Shown: positions 27,055 through 38,190 of the stretch, in pieces | Position numbering within the stretch: the stretch's first letter is position 1 | Layout of the letters: each line of letters starts with the position of its first letter | From: Amoeboaphelidium protococcarum X5 | Lineage: Eukaryota > Fungi > Aphelidiomycota | Reading direction: 5' to 3' | Assembly: GCA_023515725.1 (NCBI GenBank) | Contig: JALDTO010000155.1 | Coordinates: 531,147 to 595,146 of the forward strand | Length of the DNA: 64,000 nucleotides | The notes under the pieces: model-generated | The model's input: the letters and a program-made list of their open reading frames with translations, nothing else | Database searches by the model: none | What the model was told of the DNA's origin: nothing | Translations under genes and position numbers: made by a program

Positions 27055-27717
27055 TCAAAGCAAATTAAGTATCTCGCGTCTAGTTACTGACTTCATGTTT
27101 ATACATTGCACTTGCACTATGGGAGAATCCACTTTGGATATATCAAAACTTTCAGTGAATATGATAGGGGAAAGCTTCTTCTGTTCAGCCGATTCAGAAC
27201 TAGGATCAATCTATGTAGATGTTGCAACAATTTAATCGTAAGCAAGTAATTCTTAATTGAGTCTTTATAAAGCCGTCTTCTAGTCGCTGGCAGTATACTC
27301 TTGAAGGAAGGTTATGATCAATAGCAATTTTCCCTTCCTATCCATTCTAGTCAAAACTGTATGCAAATCACGCGCAACTTCGACATTGACACGGTCAGCG
27401 TTTACTAGATATACAACCTGACTCATATTCACCCTATACTAATCTACGAGTTTCGGATGTGATGGTACATCAATAAGTGTATAATCAGTTCCAGTATATT
27501 CATTTGCTTTGGTGGACGGTGTAGTATCCATCTGCTTCCCATACTTGACCAAAGTGAGCAATCTAGTCTTTCCCAAACCACCAGTCATAATTATCCTCCT
27601 TTTACTCTTATACAGCCTCCCCCCTTACAAGGCCCAAAATATTACAGACAGTACCAAGAGAACCACCGCTCCTATACTTAAAGTATAAATCACTTCGCTC
27701 GCCATTATATTTGACAT
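27055..27717 (-). CDS. SRPRB: Signal recognition particle receptor beta subunit-like (divergent GTPase)
   Basis: N-terminal TM helix, then GGLGKTRLLTLVKYGKQMDTTPSTKANE...LIDVPSHPKL; 221 codons. Absent from the supplied ORF track. Confidence 0.7.
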
Positions 27718-27820
27718 GTTTAACGAATCTCTCAAGAAATAAGAATCTTATTTGCTAACCAAAAGTAAGATTAAAAAATTAATTAAAAAATCAGGACTAT
27801 AAAAATGTATTATGGTATAA

Positions 27821-28729
27821 TCACTGAGCGATACCAAGAGCACGCAAGTGAGCCTCCTTCTTCTGACGGACACGATCCTTACGCTGCTTCAAGTTCATGC
27901 GAGTCTTGCGCTTCTTCTTGGACTCTTCAATGATCTTCTTCAACTCTTCGTCGGTGCGCTTCTTCTTCTCCAAGAACGGAGTCTCTCTGATCTTCTGGTG
28001 AGCCTCGGAGTACATATCCTCAATGTCATCGGCAGTCAAATCCTACTCCAGGTACTGAGAGAACACGCGCTTGTACAGCTCCTCATCATCCTCTTCCAGC
28101 TCGCGCATATAGTTGGCAATGTGACCACCATAAATGTACTCACGCAGCACCTCAGAGTCCAACTCCTTGCTAGATGGATCATAACCAGGGAAACGCTTCT
28201 CGCTGTGAGGAATGTACAGACCACCATCGGAGGCACCCTTCATTGCACCGAACACCTTTGCACCAGTGGTAGTTCTCTTCAAACCAACATCGAGATAACA
28301 CTTGAATGGTCTGACATCGTCCTCCAAAGGCTCAACCTCCTGGTACTCACCGTTAGGCTCTTCGATACCCTTGTACTTATCAGCCAAGTTCATCTTGGTA
28401 AGCAATCTACGCGCGCACAGCAGACCGGTAGCGTATGCAGCACTCCAGTTCTTGAGACCGACATTGATTCCGAAATCTCTCAACTCCTTAGAGTAGGCTG
28501 AAGCCAAGCAGATATCACCCTAAATCTTGCTGTACACAACCTGACAGATGACCTGACTGCTGGTGATTCTAACGACGAAGCGGTACTTTGGTGAGTTGTA
28601 CTTATTCTTATCCTGAGCAATCAGACGCTTACGAGCATAGTAATCAGTCTTACCAGCACGGCGACGACGATACTTGACCTAATATCTCTTGAAGTAAGCC
28701 TTGGTCTTTACTAATTTCACGAAAGGCAT
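27821..28729 (-). CDS. RPL5: 60S ribosomal protein L5 (uL18)
   Basis: [54 protein letters not shown]; [15 protein letters not shown]. Confidence 0.98.
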
Positions 28730-28844
28730 TTTATATTTTGTATATTATTGTGTTAGTTTCGGTGTTGAGCGAAAATCTATAAGCGGAGAGCACTCGTCTA
28801 ATGTACTACCACTGACGCGAGATCAAAAGAAATCTTAAAAATTG

Positions 28845-28960
28845 ACCGATTAAGGTTACGACTGAAAATTTTGTCAATTAAAGAACGCGTTACTGGACAA
28901 CAAAGGACAGCGCAAACTTTTGAGAGCTAAGGTTACGCGTCCTCACAAATTTTCAGTAGA
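28845..28960. promoter_or_regulatory. Bidirectional RPL5/RPL14 promoter with duplicated TAAGGTTACG and RRPE-like motifs
   Basis: TAAGGTTACG at 28851 and 28928; TGAAAATTTT at 28863-28872; AAATTTTCA at 28947-28955. Confidence 0.55.
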
Positions 28961-29029
28961 CTTCTGCACGGCTTTCCTGTGATAGCACTAGATTATTTGT
29001 AAAAATACTGGAATTATATAAAATAAAAG

Positions 29030-29757
29030 ATGGTAAGAATTATGCATTGAAAGCGGTCGGTTGGAAATATGTAGTGGAGCAGAGAGAACTAGCGAAGGGT
29101 ATGCGGCACATATATGATGATATTATAGTTCAACTGAACCACATTTTAAATGGATGTAGATTAATTACTTTCGCTCCTATCTGATTATGCTCATACGCTT
29201 TGAATAGAGAAAATTTCGCTTGGTTTAGTGCTTCCTGATTACTACTAGATTCTACCGACCGCTTTTATAATAGTTTTATTAGACATGTCCATAACGCGTC
29301 ATTTTGTTTGTAAGTGTAGGTATTCAGTAGATTTGTTGAGGTTGGCCGCGTCGTCTTTATCAACTACGGCGAGAACTATGGAAAGCCAGCTATTATCACC
29401 GATATTGTGGACTAGAGCCGCGTCATGCTCTCAAATCCTCACCCAAAGTACAATGTTCCTCTCTAGATGATGGCTCTGAAGCGTGTCAGTTTGACTGATT
29501 TCAAGGTGAAGATTCCACGTACTATTGGTGAGCACGCACTGAAGAACAAGCTATAGAAATGGGAGGAGAGCGGTGATTGCAAGCTGTTCGCTGAAGGCGG
29601 TGCCTGGGAGAAGGGATCATGGAGCAAGAAGTTGGTGTTGAGAGCCAAGAGATCAGCTATGACCGACTTTGACAGATTCAAGCTGATGGTGGCCAAGAAG
29701 CAGCGCCGTCTGTTAGTCAACACTGAAGTTAACAAGCTCAAGAAATAGGCAAAGTGA
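29030..29757 (+). CDS. RPL14: 60S ribosomal protein L14 (eL14)
   Basis: ATG, then intron 29033-29319, then [35 protein letters not shown]...[10 protein letters not shown]. Confidence 0.95.
29109..29190 (+). ncRNA. Intronic box C/D snoRNA, U80/snR60 family
   Basis: Box C ATGATGA 29114-29120. Guide ATAGTTCA before D' CTGA (29134-29137) is antisense to LSU UGAACUAU. Guide CTTTCGCTCCTAT before D CTGA (29181-29184) is antisense to LSU AUAGGGGCGAAAG with one G-U pair. These are the two sites guided by yeast snR60 (Am817, Gm908). Confidence 0.85.
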
Positions 29758-29903
29758 ATTTATTGAACTGTTTGAATAAACAGACATACACTCTATTTTT
29801 TAATTGTTTAACTTTCTCATTATGTACACGTTTACACACCTCACAGCATTGAATATCTGCATAATGCCTTTACTTATTCAAGTAAGACAAATTCTATGAT
29901 GTG

Positions 29904-32683
29904 TCACATAGCATGCGACCGAGCGTTGGATTTCATTTACTGAATCAAATTCATCTTGTTGCTTTCATCAGAGGAGGTCATAGTCATCTATGGTAACCCA
30001 TTAAAAGGACCGAGACGCGGAGAATTATGACTTTGATGATGTTGCTGAGACGGAGATGAGGTGTAAGTACTGCCACCGCTCTTATTCCTGATATGCTTAC
30101 GATATGGCTTGGTATTATCTAACGAGAGACTTGTGGCAGTTTTGGATCGCTAACCTTGAGAGTGTACTGAATAGCTACTATAACCAGGCGTGTCGGTTAG
30201 AGGCAAATCCTTCAGCGCAATGGAGACTGATGAGTCGCCCTGTTCATCTATTTCAATATGCGTGTCTGAATTCTTAAACTTGGAACTTAGAGATAGTGAT
30301 GTGCTAGATCTTTTATCAGCACTTATTCTGTTTGGTGGCAGACCTAGAGTCTACTACATCTGCTGCAACTTCAACTTCATCATGGCCGTCTTGTATTTCG
30401 CGCACCACAGCAGTATAATCCTTCGATGTCCTGGATTCACTATACCAATCTGAGCCAATTGATCATCCTGTGAATTGACAAACTAGTTGAGAGGCATAAC
30501 TTTCACCTCCTCAGTGATATATTACGGCAGATCCAGATATACCAGAACATCAGAGGAGGACTAGACGTCAGTGATATTTTCAAATGTGACGCTCTCTGTC
30601 ATTGATCCATTGCCTTGCCGCCTGAGACTCCCAATACTCTTCTCGCTGACATTATCATGGATGGAATTTCTAGAATTGGTCGATGATATCCGCCTATTGT
30701 TGTTGTTGCTGTGCTACTTCTACGAGCTTTCAATGTCCCCACTCAAATCTTTTGAATGTCTACTACTGAGACTTCTATCGTGATAATGAGGGTCTCTAGG
30801 TGATCTATCAGGATGGCTTACATCGTGAAAGAGTTGCCCTACGATACCGGGAGAATTCTTACCATTACCATTAGTACCAATAGATGCCTGAGTAATCTAA
30901 AGTTCTGGAGAAGTGCGACTGGAATCGATGTAATCACGATTATCATCAAAAGATGATTTAGTCATTTTCTTTTTCATCTAGACAGGCCTCATGCTAATCT
31001 TCATGGCCGCAATCTGATCTATATCCTGCTGCTTCAGTGACTATCCAGCTTAACTATCCTTCTTTGCAAATAATTTTGAAAACCATCCAGTCTACATTAA
31101 AACAAAAGAAATTATATAGAGATGCATTATAGATAATTCTTACCGATTTCTCTTCTGACTCTGCTCTCTATGATGAAAAACTTTAAGCACCTTCGTCAGA
31201 AACTGTTCGATAGTGACCTTTTAGCAATGACTGTGGCTTCAAAGAGTCCATACTAACAAGTCGCCCCACTTTCAGCAATTCTAAAATCTCTTGATTTTAA
31301 GTGAGAGATTACAAGAATTATGTCTGCGCATCGATGGAATCTAACTATGGAGAAGGTATGATGATGGGGCACTTGCGATCATTTAACATTTGTACCAGCT
31401 CAAAATGATTGTAGAATGCAGCATACATTATAGCAGTCCATTAAACATTATCATACGCATCAATTTGAGAGCCACAGTCTAGAAATAATTTAACCAGAGA
31501 TAGGTCGCCCTTGATGGATGCCAACATCAGCGGCGTAAACTAATCTTCAGGATCCCTGGCGGCAAGGCATTTGACATCCTATCTGATGTAATCTTCAATG
31601 GCTGACGCGTCATCGTTCGTAATCGCGTCGAATATGCCATGTCGCTCGTCTCCAGTCCTTACTGAGAAGTTTGTACGGGTCCTTTCATCTTGCTCCGCGC
31701 CTAAATACTTCATAACCATCTCTGCAATATCCTGACATCGTCGCTCCAAGGCCACGTCTAAAGCAGTCTTACCCGACCAAGATTTAACATAAATATCTGC
31801 GCCATTATCGAGCAATAATTTGACAATTTGCATGCCAGCACCCGCTGCAGATATTTTACTCTATTTCCCGTCCGATACTGAAGCCGTTTATTTAATTTAT
31901 AGCATAGCAAGAGACTAAGTACAAGCAGAGTTGATTGCATAGAATATGGCGCTCCATCCATTCAAAGAATTCTAATTGTTGCACTCAGCGCCTTCCTGAA
32001 GTAGAGCTTGGACAATTCCAACGCTTTTCCCGACATGACACGCCATCATAAGAGGACTAAGACCAGGTATGCTTCGGCCAATTGACAAAACCTTATTGGG
32101 ACTGCACCCAATATCCACCAGCAGAATTTTTACCAGCGAAAGATTAGACTCATACACGGCGCACAATAAAGCGGTCACACCATAATCATTTACGTCATCA
32201 ACCATCAGGCCGGGTGTTTCAAGCAACTTTTTAATTATCGCGGAGCTGTTTCGGGCGCATGCAAGCATAAAGGGAGTCCAGCCGTAATCATTTCGATCGT
32301 TATTTCTAGCTCCATTCTACAATATAATTTGAGTGACATAATTAATTAAATAAAGTTGAATATCAATTGATTACCTTTAAAAGTATTTTGCAAACTTCTG
32401 GCGAAGAGTAGTATACTGCGTGATGAAGCAGATTACCTTGATTCACTTTGAATGGCCTAACAATGAGCGAGGGGTTCGCCTGTAAAAGTTTAGCGATGAC
32501 TGAAACGTCGTTTGAGCATACGAACTTGTACAGCTCATTGCAATCACTGAGAAACTTCTCTTGCGACAATCGCTCATCGTCCCGCCTGGCATCAGATCCC
32601 CCCACTGACGAAGAGTCGCTTGATCTTGAACTTTACTTTTTGGGAGACTTGCTACTCTTCAAGGCTGCCTGTGCCTTTTTCAT
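29904..32683 (-). CDS. Ankyrin-repeat protein with a C-terminal SAM domain
   Basis: Multiple ANK repeats (GWTPFMLAC, GVTALLCAV, SGKTALDVA, TPLMLASIKG); SAM-like DVLVYLDLPQYI...DQLAQIGIVNPGHRRIIL; introns at about 32322-32374 and 31096-31143. Confidence 0.82.
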
Positions 32684-32955
32684 TAATGTATAATCTTCTT
32701 AATAACTTTAACGCAATCGGGGCTTTTATTGAACTAATAGCAGTTCTATAATGCTCAAGTATCAGTATGGATGCAAAACAAAGTACAAATGTTAATCATC
32801 AACCAAAACGAATTACTGATTATTGATCAAACAGATTATTATTAGAATCACGCTTGCTTATCAACCGTTTTAAAGTCAAGTAGGGAGGGCAATATCCTAA
32901 AATCGGAAGTTCGATATTATGGTACTTAATTTATTTATATTCCAATTTTGTATAA

Positions 32956-34227
32956 TCATTGAGCATAGCCGTATTTGCAGACACCACGAGGATCACGCAA
33001 AAATTTCTGTAGACCAGGATGGCGTAACTAAGTTCCATGATTGCGAGAAACAGACGGAAAGCTGTAAGGACTACATCCCCCATGAGTGTGGATGCCAATT
33101 GCAACTTTAGATCCATCTTGAAGTGTGACTTCAATGGCAGACCCGCTGTTACCACCAGTTGTGTCCGCCAAGTGATCCAAGGACAGATACGAGTTTACAT
33201 TATCTGGGTATTTGAATCTACTATCGTACAAATCTTTAAGTGTTCCATAATGAGTCTGCAAAGTCTGACTTTTGTACTGAATCTTTGGATCTCTAACAAC
33301 CCCGCAACCATTGATAGTCACATTTTAACCGAGAACAGACTTGACATCAATCAAAGAAGTGTTATACCAAGCGGACTAGACCTCAAATGCAGCTTTACCG
33401 GTGTTCGAGTTGACAAATGTCCCATAATGCATGTAATCGCGCCCAATACCACCATTTACAAACTGCACAGAGCTCAAATCTACAGGATACTAGTCCTTTG
33501 GATGCGGATGATTTACAGTGCCATTTTTCATCGACAGTGGAACATTAAACTGCATAACCAGAGGATCTTTATAGCGAGGATCAGTTCTTGGTCTTGGATA
33601 ACAGTGACCAGCGGTAAGGAAGCAGTGATGCTCATCATCAATCAGCCATCCAGTACATCCAGTAGGAAACATTCTAGCTACTCTTGCATCCTTGATAGGA
33701 CGACGTCTATCTTCTTTCGTACAAAGAGTGAGCGATTCTTGATCACTAGACGCGCTGTCACCAACACTAACAGAAGTTATCTTAAATTAAGATTGCCCAG
33801 AGGTGGACTCAGCCATGCTCTATACCAGCATAATTTTAACGGCATTTCCATTAAAGTACGCGGAGATATGCTGCCATTGACGAAGAGCGCGAGCATCCAA
33901 CTTTTGATAGAATGAAGCATCAACCACAGACTGAATCACCAACAAAGCACCGCCATGCAAGTAAGTATTATCAGTATCAAACGCGATGCGCATCCACTCA
34001 GCACCATCAACCTCTACCAGCTCCTCCATGACCACACCGTGTGATGGACTCAAGCCTGCAGTGTAATCATTACCTGATGACTCCTGCAAAAACAGACGCG
34101 GTGCATCTGCAGAGTAACGCGTAGGCTCAGCTTTCCATTCAACAACTTTCTGCTATAAAGGCGCAGTTTATGCAGCAACCAATACAGCGATACACGAAAA
34201 TGTCGTCAGTGCTAAAGCATAATACAT
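32956..34227 (-). CDS. Secreted trypsin-like (S1) serine protease of bacterial type
   Basis: Signal peptide MYYALALTTFSCIAVLVAA; catalytic His motif CFLTAGHC and Ser motif ADTTGGNSGS; pro-region GAEWMRIAF...WQHISAYFNGNAV; intronless, 424 codons. Confidence 0.88.
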
Positions 34228-34354
34228 GGTGTATAGTACACTAAATAAGTAGTATTGTAATTAGAAAAAAAGAGAAAAATGCTGATATAAAATGTGAATT
34301 TTAAAGGTCACTTGAGCATCCCCTTATTATTTTTCAAGCCGATCACGTCAACTA

Positions 34355-35212
34355 TCACTTCTTTAAGGTTGGAATGATGACAATCTTTCTAGTTTTCAAA
34401 TAACTCCAAGTATGACGCTTCCACCAGAAGGCAATAGGTGCCAAAGTGCCCAGCAAGATCATAACCTTCATACCCCACTTCTTTCTGGTGTCATGCTCTG
34501 GCTCAGAAGCCCATGCGAGGAAAGTCACCACATCCTTAGCCATCTATGAAGAAGTCGCCGGCGTGCCATCCTCATAATCAACTATGCCATCATACAGCAC
34601 ACGAGCCATGGAGATTGCACCACCAGGCATGTATGGATTGTAGTGCAGGCCTTCTCTCAGCTTAATGCCAGCAGGCGGTTCCGTGTAGCCAGTCAGGAGA
34701 GAGAACACGTAATCCTCATAGCCCATTCTAGCCTTCACAATACATGATAAGTCTGGCGGCAGAGCACCATTGTTCGCAGCTCTAGCAGCCTCCTCATTCG
34801 GATACACCGGAGGAAAGTAATCACTCAAGCGACCTGGCCTCTTGTACATCTCACCCTAATCGTTCGGTCCATCTTCAATCTCGTACTCGAGCGCCAGTTC
34901 CTTAGCCTCATCCTCAGTATGAGATACGCCCACCAGATTTCTGAATGCAATAAACTTGAGCGAGTGGCACTGCGAACACACCTCCTTATACACTTGGAAT
35001 CCACGGCGAATCGCAGCGGCATCAAAAGTTTTCACCGGCGAATGATGCTCCCAATGATGATGTGGAGGATGCAGACCATGGTTTCTATCATCGGAAATGG
35101 CGATATGAAGTTGGTGCATAGGCTGAGCCTTCATCTACATGACCTTGTACGCCAGAACCGCAGACACGGCAGAGGCGGCATACGTCAAATTACGGTTAGC
35201 TGCGAACATCAT
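34355..35212 (-). CDS. CYT1: Cytochrome c1
   Basis: [18 protein letters not shown] (CxxCH), [22 protein letters not shown]. Confidence 0.98.
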
Positions 35213-35715
35213 CAATACTCAGATTGGTTTCTTTCCAGATGTTAATTTAAGTCTAATTATAAAGATTATCTTTCCACTATCACTTGGTCACAATGTTAGC
35301 GAAATATATATAAATAAGTGGCAACCTTGAGTAGAGAATCGAATCAAATCGTCCTTAAATAAAGATCAGGTAAATTCGCACCCTCTCAAATAGATGTTAA
35401 GGAACGGAAAGAGAACAAGTTATGAAGGAAAACGTCGTTGACTCTGACGAAATGTCAGTTTTTCTCTTCCTGTTCGCTAGTCTTAGTTTTAGGCGATCGG
35501 ACAGACGGGCGAGCTACTGGAGATTTCTTCTTTCGTTCTTTTCACCAGTTCTCTCGCTGGTTTTGTTCTCGCGCGCGTCGTCTCGAAAGGTTATTGCTCT
35601 CCCTCAGCGTTGGAACTCGCTGTTTATATTGAAGTTGTAGCCTATATATATATATACGTTTGGAGACTAATTTAGTATCAATTACCAAGTTATATTCTTG
35701 GATTTTAGTTTGGAA

Positions 35716-37818
35716 ATGATCAGTGTTGTACCCAAGACGTTTAGTTTTGATGCGTTTGATGCGTCTCCAGAGTTGAACCAAAAGTTGCAGTCATCCTTCA
35801 AGGTAGAATAGAATGAAGATGTTAATATTACACCTCAGCCTAATCCGGAAGTTACTAGGCTAGTAATACAGTTTGGGAGCCATTCTACCAAATGCGGCCT
35901 ATCTGTTGATGCTCTGCCAATCGCAGTACCTTCTATAGTCGCTCGTCGAGTCTCATCTTCTGCCTAAACTGACAGCTGGAATGGCTATACTAACATGAAT
36001 CAGAATAAAGATAATGATAACAAGGATGATGATGATAGTTTAGATGATGGTGAAGTTATAGAACGCGATTACTTAGATCAAGCGCGAAAGCTTATGATGA
36101 GTCGATTACGTGCAAAGGAGCTGCGGTATGATAAATAATTAAAGAAGGAGTGTCAGCGATTTAATGCAGATCTAGATTTTAATGATGATAATGACAATGG
36201 GCATGTTTAGATGCTCTAATATCATGAAAGTAATATCAATATTAAACTCGCCTCTGAGGTGGCGGATGATGATTTCCTCTTTGGATAGAAGGCTGTTGAA
36301 TTACTGGATGTTCTAGGGTTATTTTATCGCCGTAGACTTTTTGTCAATGGCTGCATCAATCCGCGATATTAGTCATTGGAGGAGTGGAGATGTGATCTTG
36401 CTGCTTTTATTTGTGGAATTGTGGAGCAGTATTACAATGGCGTCATGTATCCAGATGTCATATTGGTGGTTGATGAATTTATCGATTCCTAGACTGTAGA
36501 GGCGGTGTGTGATGTATTGTTCTAACCACTTTATGGACTTGGTGTCAAGACTTTGGCTGTTATTAATGAAAGTGTAGCCGCTTCTTTTGGGTGTAATATG
36601 TCATCTGCTTGTGTTGTCGATGTGGGATTTGATAAGATTGGTGTTGCCTGTATTGATGATGGATTAGTTTTAAAAGGTACCTCGTGTACAGTAACTAATT
36701 CTGGTTCTTATATGATGCAGACTAACCTATGGAATATATTTAAAATCCAGAATGACCAGATATTTACTGGCATGTTGTTGCCTGAATATGACAGGGTGTC
36801 TCAATTGTTGTTAACTTTGGATGATTAAAAAATTCTTGGTCTAGCTGATTTTGACTATTAAGCTCATTTAAAAGGGAATCAATTGCATAAAACTACCATG
36901 AAGTGTCATGATGAAGGCTACTTGGCTGCTCTCTGCCTTTTTATCAATAGAATTGATGCTTAGTTAGCTAATCAATACACTTAATCAAAGCATTTTGTTA
37001 ATTGCCTAGAGTTGGGTAATCTGAGGACAAGGCTTCGATTACATTAATTATTACTTGCTCAAGATGAAAAAAAGTCAGATTAGATCTAGACTAAAGATCA
37101 AAAGGGACATTTATTGCTTAAGAATTAGATTGAGATAAATGTTAATCCTTAAGATTAAATGCGTGATGACAATAATAAAGCTATTTTACCCTCAGAATAG
37201 CTGGAGGACGCTCAAGAAGCAGTAGAGAAAGAGACTGTCAATGAAGAGGAGTAATCAGATAAATAAGATATTGGTCCGAAATAAAGTCCGCTTGAGGTAG
37301 AAGAGTTTATGAAATCGGACGCTATCCATCATCTAGTGGTGTTATCAATTCTATCTTCAAGCAAGAAGTTGGTATCTTGGATTCGAGGTGAGACTGAATT
37401 GGCGCTTGAAGATATACTGAGATCGCATGAAGTGACGCGTATAAAGAGAATGTTTGCTAATATCAAGCTGGTTGGCAGTGGTTTATCAAAGGTGCCTAAC
37501 TCTTTTGCTATGTTGGAAGATTTGATTTATGAGAGTTATTATGATGAAATTGGCCCTAAACTGCGGCTTCTACCCAGTGATGAGCGTGGTGGTAATGATG
37601 ACATGCAAGTAGATGGTAAACCGTAATTCTTGGAAATTGAAACTGTGGCCATTGTTCCAAACACGAAAAACGTCGATCCTGGCTGCTTGTAATGGAAAGG
37701 CGCTTGTATCGCCGCGTCGCTCGAGAGCTTTCTCTCCATGTCTCTATTCAGTGCTGAAGAGTATCAGTCACAACGCCTCACTGTTGTAGATAGTCGATGG
37801 TTTCCTTCGCGTAATTGA
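35716..37818 (+). CDS. ARP8: Actin-related protein 8 (INO80 complex)
   Basis: RLVIQFGSHSTKCGLSVDALPIAVPSIVARR; ESVAASFGCNMSSACVVDVG; VDPGCLQWKGACI. Confidence 0.85.
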
Positions 37819-37859
37819 ACTTAAGGTAATCATTATCAAATTGTTTAACATTATGTTTT

Positions 37860-38075
37860 ACCGATTGCACAACGCGTTTTTACTATGTACTGTACTCTAG
37901 TGAATTCCTATGTTCTCTGCAATATAAACGTTTCATGAAGCACAGCATTTCCTTTTAAGAGTTTCCCGTTCCGGCAGAGTAAAACTGTTTCAGTACGGCA
38001 GCCTTTCCCGTTCGCGTTTCAACTCTGCGCTTTCTGCTGGCTCTCTCTCTCTCTCGCGTCAATTCGCGTTTCTCT
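37860..38075 (+). promoter_or_regulatory. POL1 promoter with clustered MCB-like (ACGCG) and E2F-like (TTTCCCG) sites and a (CT)7 tract
   Basis: ACGCGT at 37872; TTTCCCGTTC at 37962 and 38004; TCGCGT at 38012, 38054 and 38064. Confidence 0.5.
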
Positions 38076-38190
38076 GTCGTATCAACGTGTGTAATTGCAT
38101 TATCTCTTTACAGTACTTCACTCTATACTGCACTTGTACGCTTGCTCAGATTGTGCTTTTCACAGAAATAGAGTTTCTTAACATTTAGCA

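Noticed and set aside
33037-33915. 292-aa + strand ORF
   Set aside because: Antisense to the serine protease, with no motifs of its own.
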